Shown here: positions 47,933-49,345 of the stretch, piece after piece
Layout of the letters: each line of letters starts with the position of its first letter
How positions within the stretch are numbered: the first letter of the stretch is position 1
Assembly (NCBI GenBank): GCA_027491735.1
Contig: JAOZGP010000026.1
Span: 1-49,345 of the forward strand
DNA: 49,345 nucleotides
From: Thermoproteota archaeon
GTDB taxonomy: Archaea > Korarchaeota > Korarchaeia > Korarchaeales > Korarchaeaceae
Reading direction: 5' to 3'
Position numbers and translations under genes: made by a program
Notes under the pieces: model-generated
The model's database searches: none
What the model was told of the DNA's origin: nothing
The model's input: only the letters and a program-made list of their open reading frames with translations

Positions 47933-48514
47933 TTGAAGATCGCTATTCCGGCAAGCGGCCCCGATCCTGAGTCTCCGGTGCATCCTCAATTTGCAAGGTG
48001 CGCTTATTTCATAATATACGATACAGATAATGATAGATACGATGTTATCCAGAATCCATTCATGAGCACTCCAAGCGGGGCGGGGATACAAGTAGCTCAA
48101 ATGCTTTTAGATAAGGGAGTGAACGCCGTTGTGGCTGGAAACATAGGGCCCAATGCATATCAGGTTCTCATCTCCACTGGAATCCAGATCTTGCCTGGAG
48201 TTACAGGAACAGTCAAAGAGGCCATAGAGCGCTTTAAGAGGGAAGCTACCTCTCCACCAGTCAGACAGCCTTCTTCTCCTCCACCCTTTCCTCCTAGTGG
48301 TCCAGGCTTTGGATTTGGGAGAGGGTTTGGAAGAGGATGGGGTTGGGGAGGATGGGGTTGGGGAGGCGCTCCTCCAGCCCCCATGCCCCAGGCCACTCCT
48401 CCAAGTCTGAGTAAGGATCAAGAGATCGCCTTTTTAGAGGCGGAGATTAGAAGACTTGAGTACGCTCTAGAGGCGGCCAAAAGGAGGCTGAAGGAGCTGA
48501 AAGGAGAACAATAA
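47933..48514 (+). CDS. NifB/NifX-family metal-cluster-binding protein with Gly/aromatic-rich DUF5320-like tail and coiled coil
   Basis: MKIAIP, FARCAYF, GAGIQVAQ, GNIGPNA; GFGFGRGFGRGWGWGG repeats; LEAEIRRLEYALEAAKRRLKEL. Confidence 0.87.
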   Translation: MKIAIPASGPDPESPVHPQFARCAYFIIYDTDNDRYDVIQNPFMSTPSGAGIQVAQMLLDKGVNAVVAGNIGPNAYQVLISTGIQILPGVTGTVKEAIERFKREATSPPVRQPSSPPPFPPSGPGFGFGRGFGRGWGWGGWGWGGAPPAPMPQATPPSLSKDQEIAFLEAEIRRLEYALEAAKRRLKELKGEQ

Positions 48515-48555
48515 GTCCACTCCCAAAAGAGCCTTTTTCCAACTCCATTGCTTTT

Positions 48556-49220
48556 TTGCACCCTCCCCGCACTAAAGTGCGAGGATTCCCGGCGGGGAGG
48601 TTTGAGCTACCAAGGGATGAACCCTCGGTAGCTCGGGGCTTGCCAGAGCCCCGTTAAGCCCACCTGTCATTGCGGAGAGGTGGGCTATATTTAACACACC
48701 TACGACATCTCTATGTGCTTCTAATCCGCAGTTTAAACATTTTAATAATCTCCCATGCTTATATGCATTAGTTGAACCACATCTTGGACAAACTGACGAT
48801 GTATAACTCTCCTTAACCAATTTGACTTTAATTCCGAAGTTTTCTGCTGTAGTGATTAGTCTATGGATGATATATCTAAAGCTCCAGAAGTTGTGAATCA
48901 TCGCATTTGCTTTGGCATTCTTGTCGTTGTTCTATCTTATACCTTTGACGTCTCCAATGATAATCTCAGTTACCTCCTTCTCGTAGCAGAGCTTAACGAA
49001 TCTGTAGATAATGGTATTTATCGCATGCCTAAACCTCAGCTTTCGCTTACGATAGAGCTTTCTGATTCTTTTCGTAGTATCTACTCCGTTAGCTCTTTTA
49101 GCATTCGACTGGTAATAAGCAATCTTTTTAGTCCAATACCACCAGTCTGCAAGCAGAGATTTTCCTGAAAAAAGCGGTAGGTTGTCTTTTCCCTTTAATC
49201 CAAGCTGTTGCGATGTTTAT
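48556..49220 (-). mobile_element. Decayed IS200/IS605-family (tnpB) element, right part
   Basis: Right-end hairpin GAATCCTCGCACTTTAGTGCGGGGAGGGTGCAA (minus, 48588-48556); tnpB remnant; more AT-rich than flanking genes. Confidence 0.85.
48572..49220 (-). pseudogene. tnpB: tnpB pseudogene (RNA-guided RuvC nuclease), 5'-truncated, frameshifted, with premature stop
   Basis: INIATAW...PTAF, +1 shift in the T run at 49168-49173, SGKSLLADWWYWTKKIA...IIIGDVKGIR, in-frame TAG at 48934-48932, then WSF...ESYTSSVCPRCG...CLNCG...HRDVVGVLNIA. Confidence 0.88.
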
Positions 49221-49345
49221 AAAATCTACCGCAAGAAGACCACCGGTCCTAACCGGTGGATGAATCACAGATGGTTAGGCTAAATGCTCCCGGCTTGCCA
49301 CCTTGATGCGGGTGACAGGCTCCTCAGCTATATGCCGGGGAGCGG
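49221..49345 (+). mobile_element. Probable left end of a second IS200/IS605-type element extending beyond the window
   Basis: TTTAT (49216-49220), then GCAAGAAGA-CCACCGGT-CCTA-ACCGGTGG-ATGAATC subterminal hairpin (49240-49259). Confidence 0.55.

Noticed and set aside
452-48421. Numerous antisense or alternative-frame ORFs in the track (e.g. 36902-37699 minus, 10678-11169 plus, 20140-20571 plus)
   Set aside because: They shadow well-supported genes, show the Ser/Leu/Phe-rich antisense composition and have no recognisable motifs.
48932-48934. In-frame TAG in tnpB as possible pyrrolysine readthrough
   Set aside because: The same gene also has a frameshift and truncation, and no pyl genes are in the window; ordinary decay.
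48863-49168. 101-aa plus-strand ORF
   Set aside because: Antisense shadow of the tnpB pseudogene.
1-49345. CRISPR arrays, tRNA, rRNA, inteins in the polymerases
   Set aside because: No regularly spaced repeats, cloverleafs or rRNA signatures seen; both polymerases are of normal length with no intein motifs.

Overview
Gene-dense core-genome window from a thermophilic TACK-type archaeon. Korarchaeota-like affiliation is an inference from rps26e, PolB1 plus PolB3, GatDE, archaeal ribosomal operons, GGAGGTGA-type SD sites and TTTAWA TATA boxes. It carries fragments of the alpha (S13-S4-S11-[inserted ORF]-RpoD), S10 (L22-S3-L29-Rpp29-S17, minus strand) and spc (L14 to SecY-Adk-DUF106-L34e-L14e-Cbf5) operons. 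Also present: ProRS, pelota, DnaG, a prenyl diphosphate synthase, the HMG-CoA synthase/thiolase/DUF35 cluster, two B-family DNA polymerases, redox genes and a decayed IS200/IS605 tnpB element at the right edge. Most notable: (1) an orphan gene coupled to rpoD ending in an arcadin-2-like putative crenactin-binding helix; (2) a four-gene ATPase-ferredoxin x2/DUF59/NifX-DUF5320 cluster with TTAGG-N4-CCTAA DtxR-like operators; (3) apparent pseudoenzymes (thiolase lacking its catalytic Cys/His, exonuclease-dead PolB3, PP-loop-less TtuA/Ncs6 paralogue, degenerate GlcD); (4) an H/ACA-like hairpin RNA upstream of dnaG; (5) a probable nested IS200/IS605 insertion into tnpB at TTTAT. All family calls come from motif recognition by eye; no database search was run.
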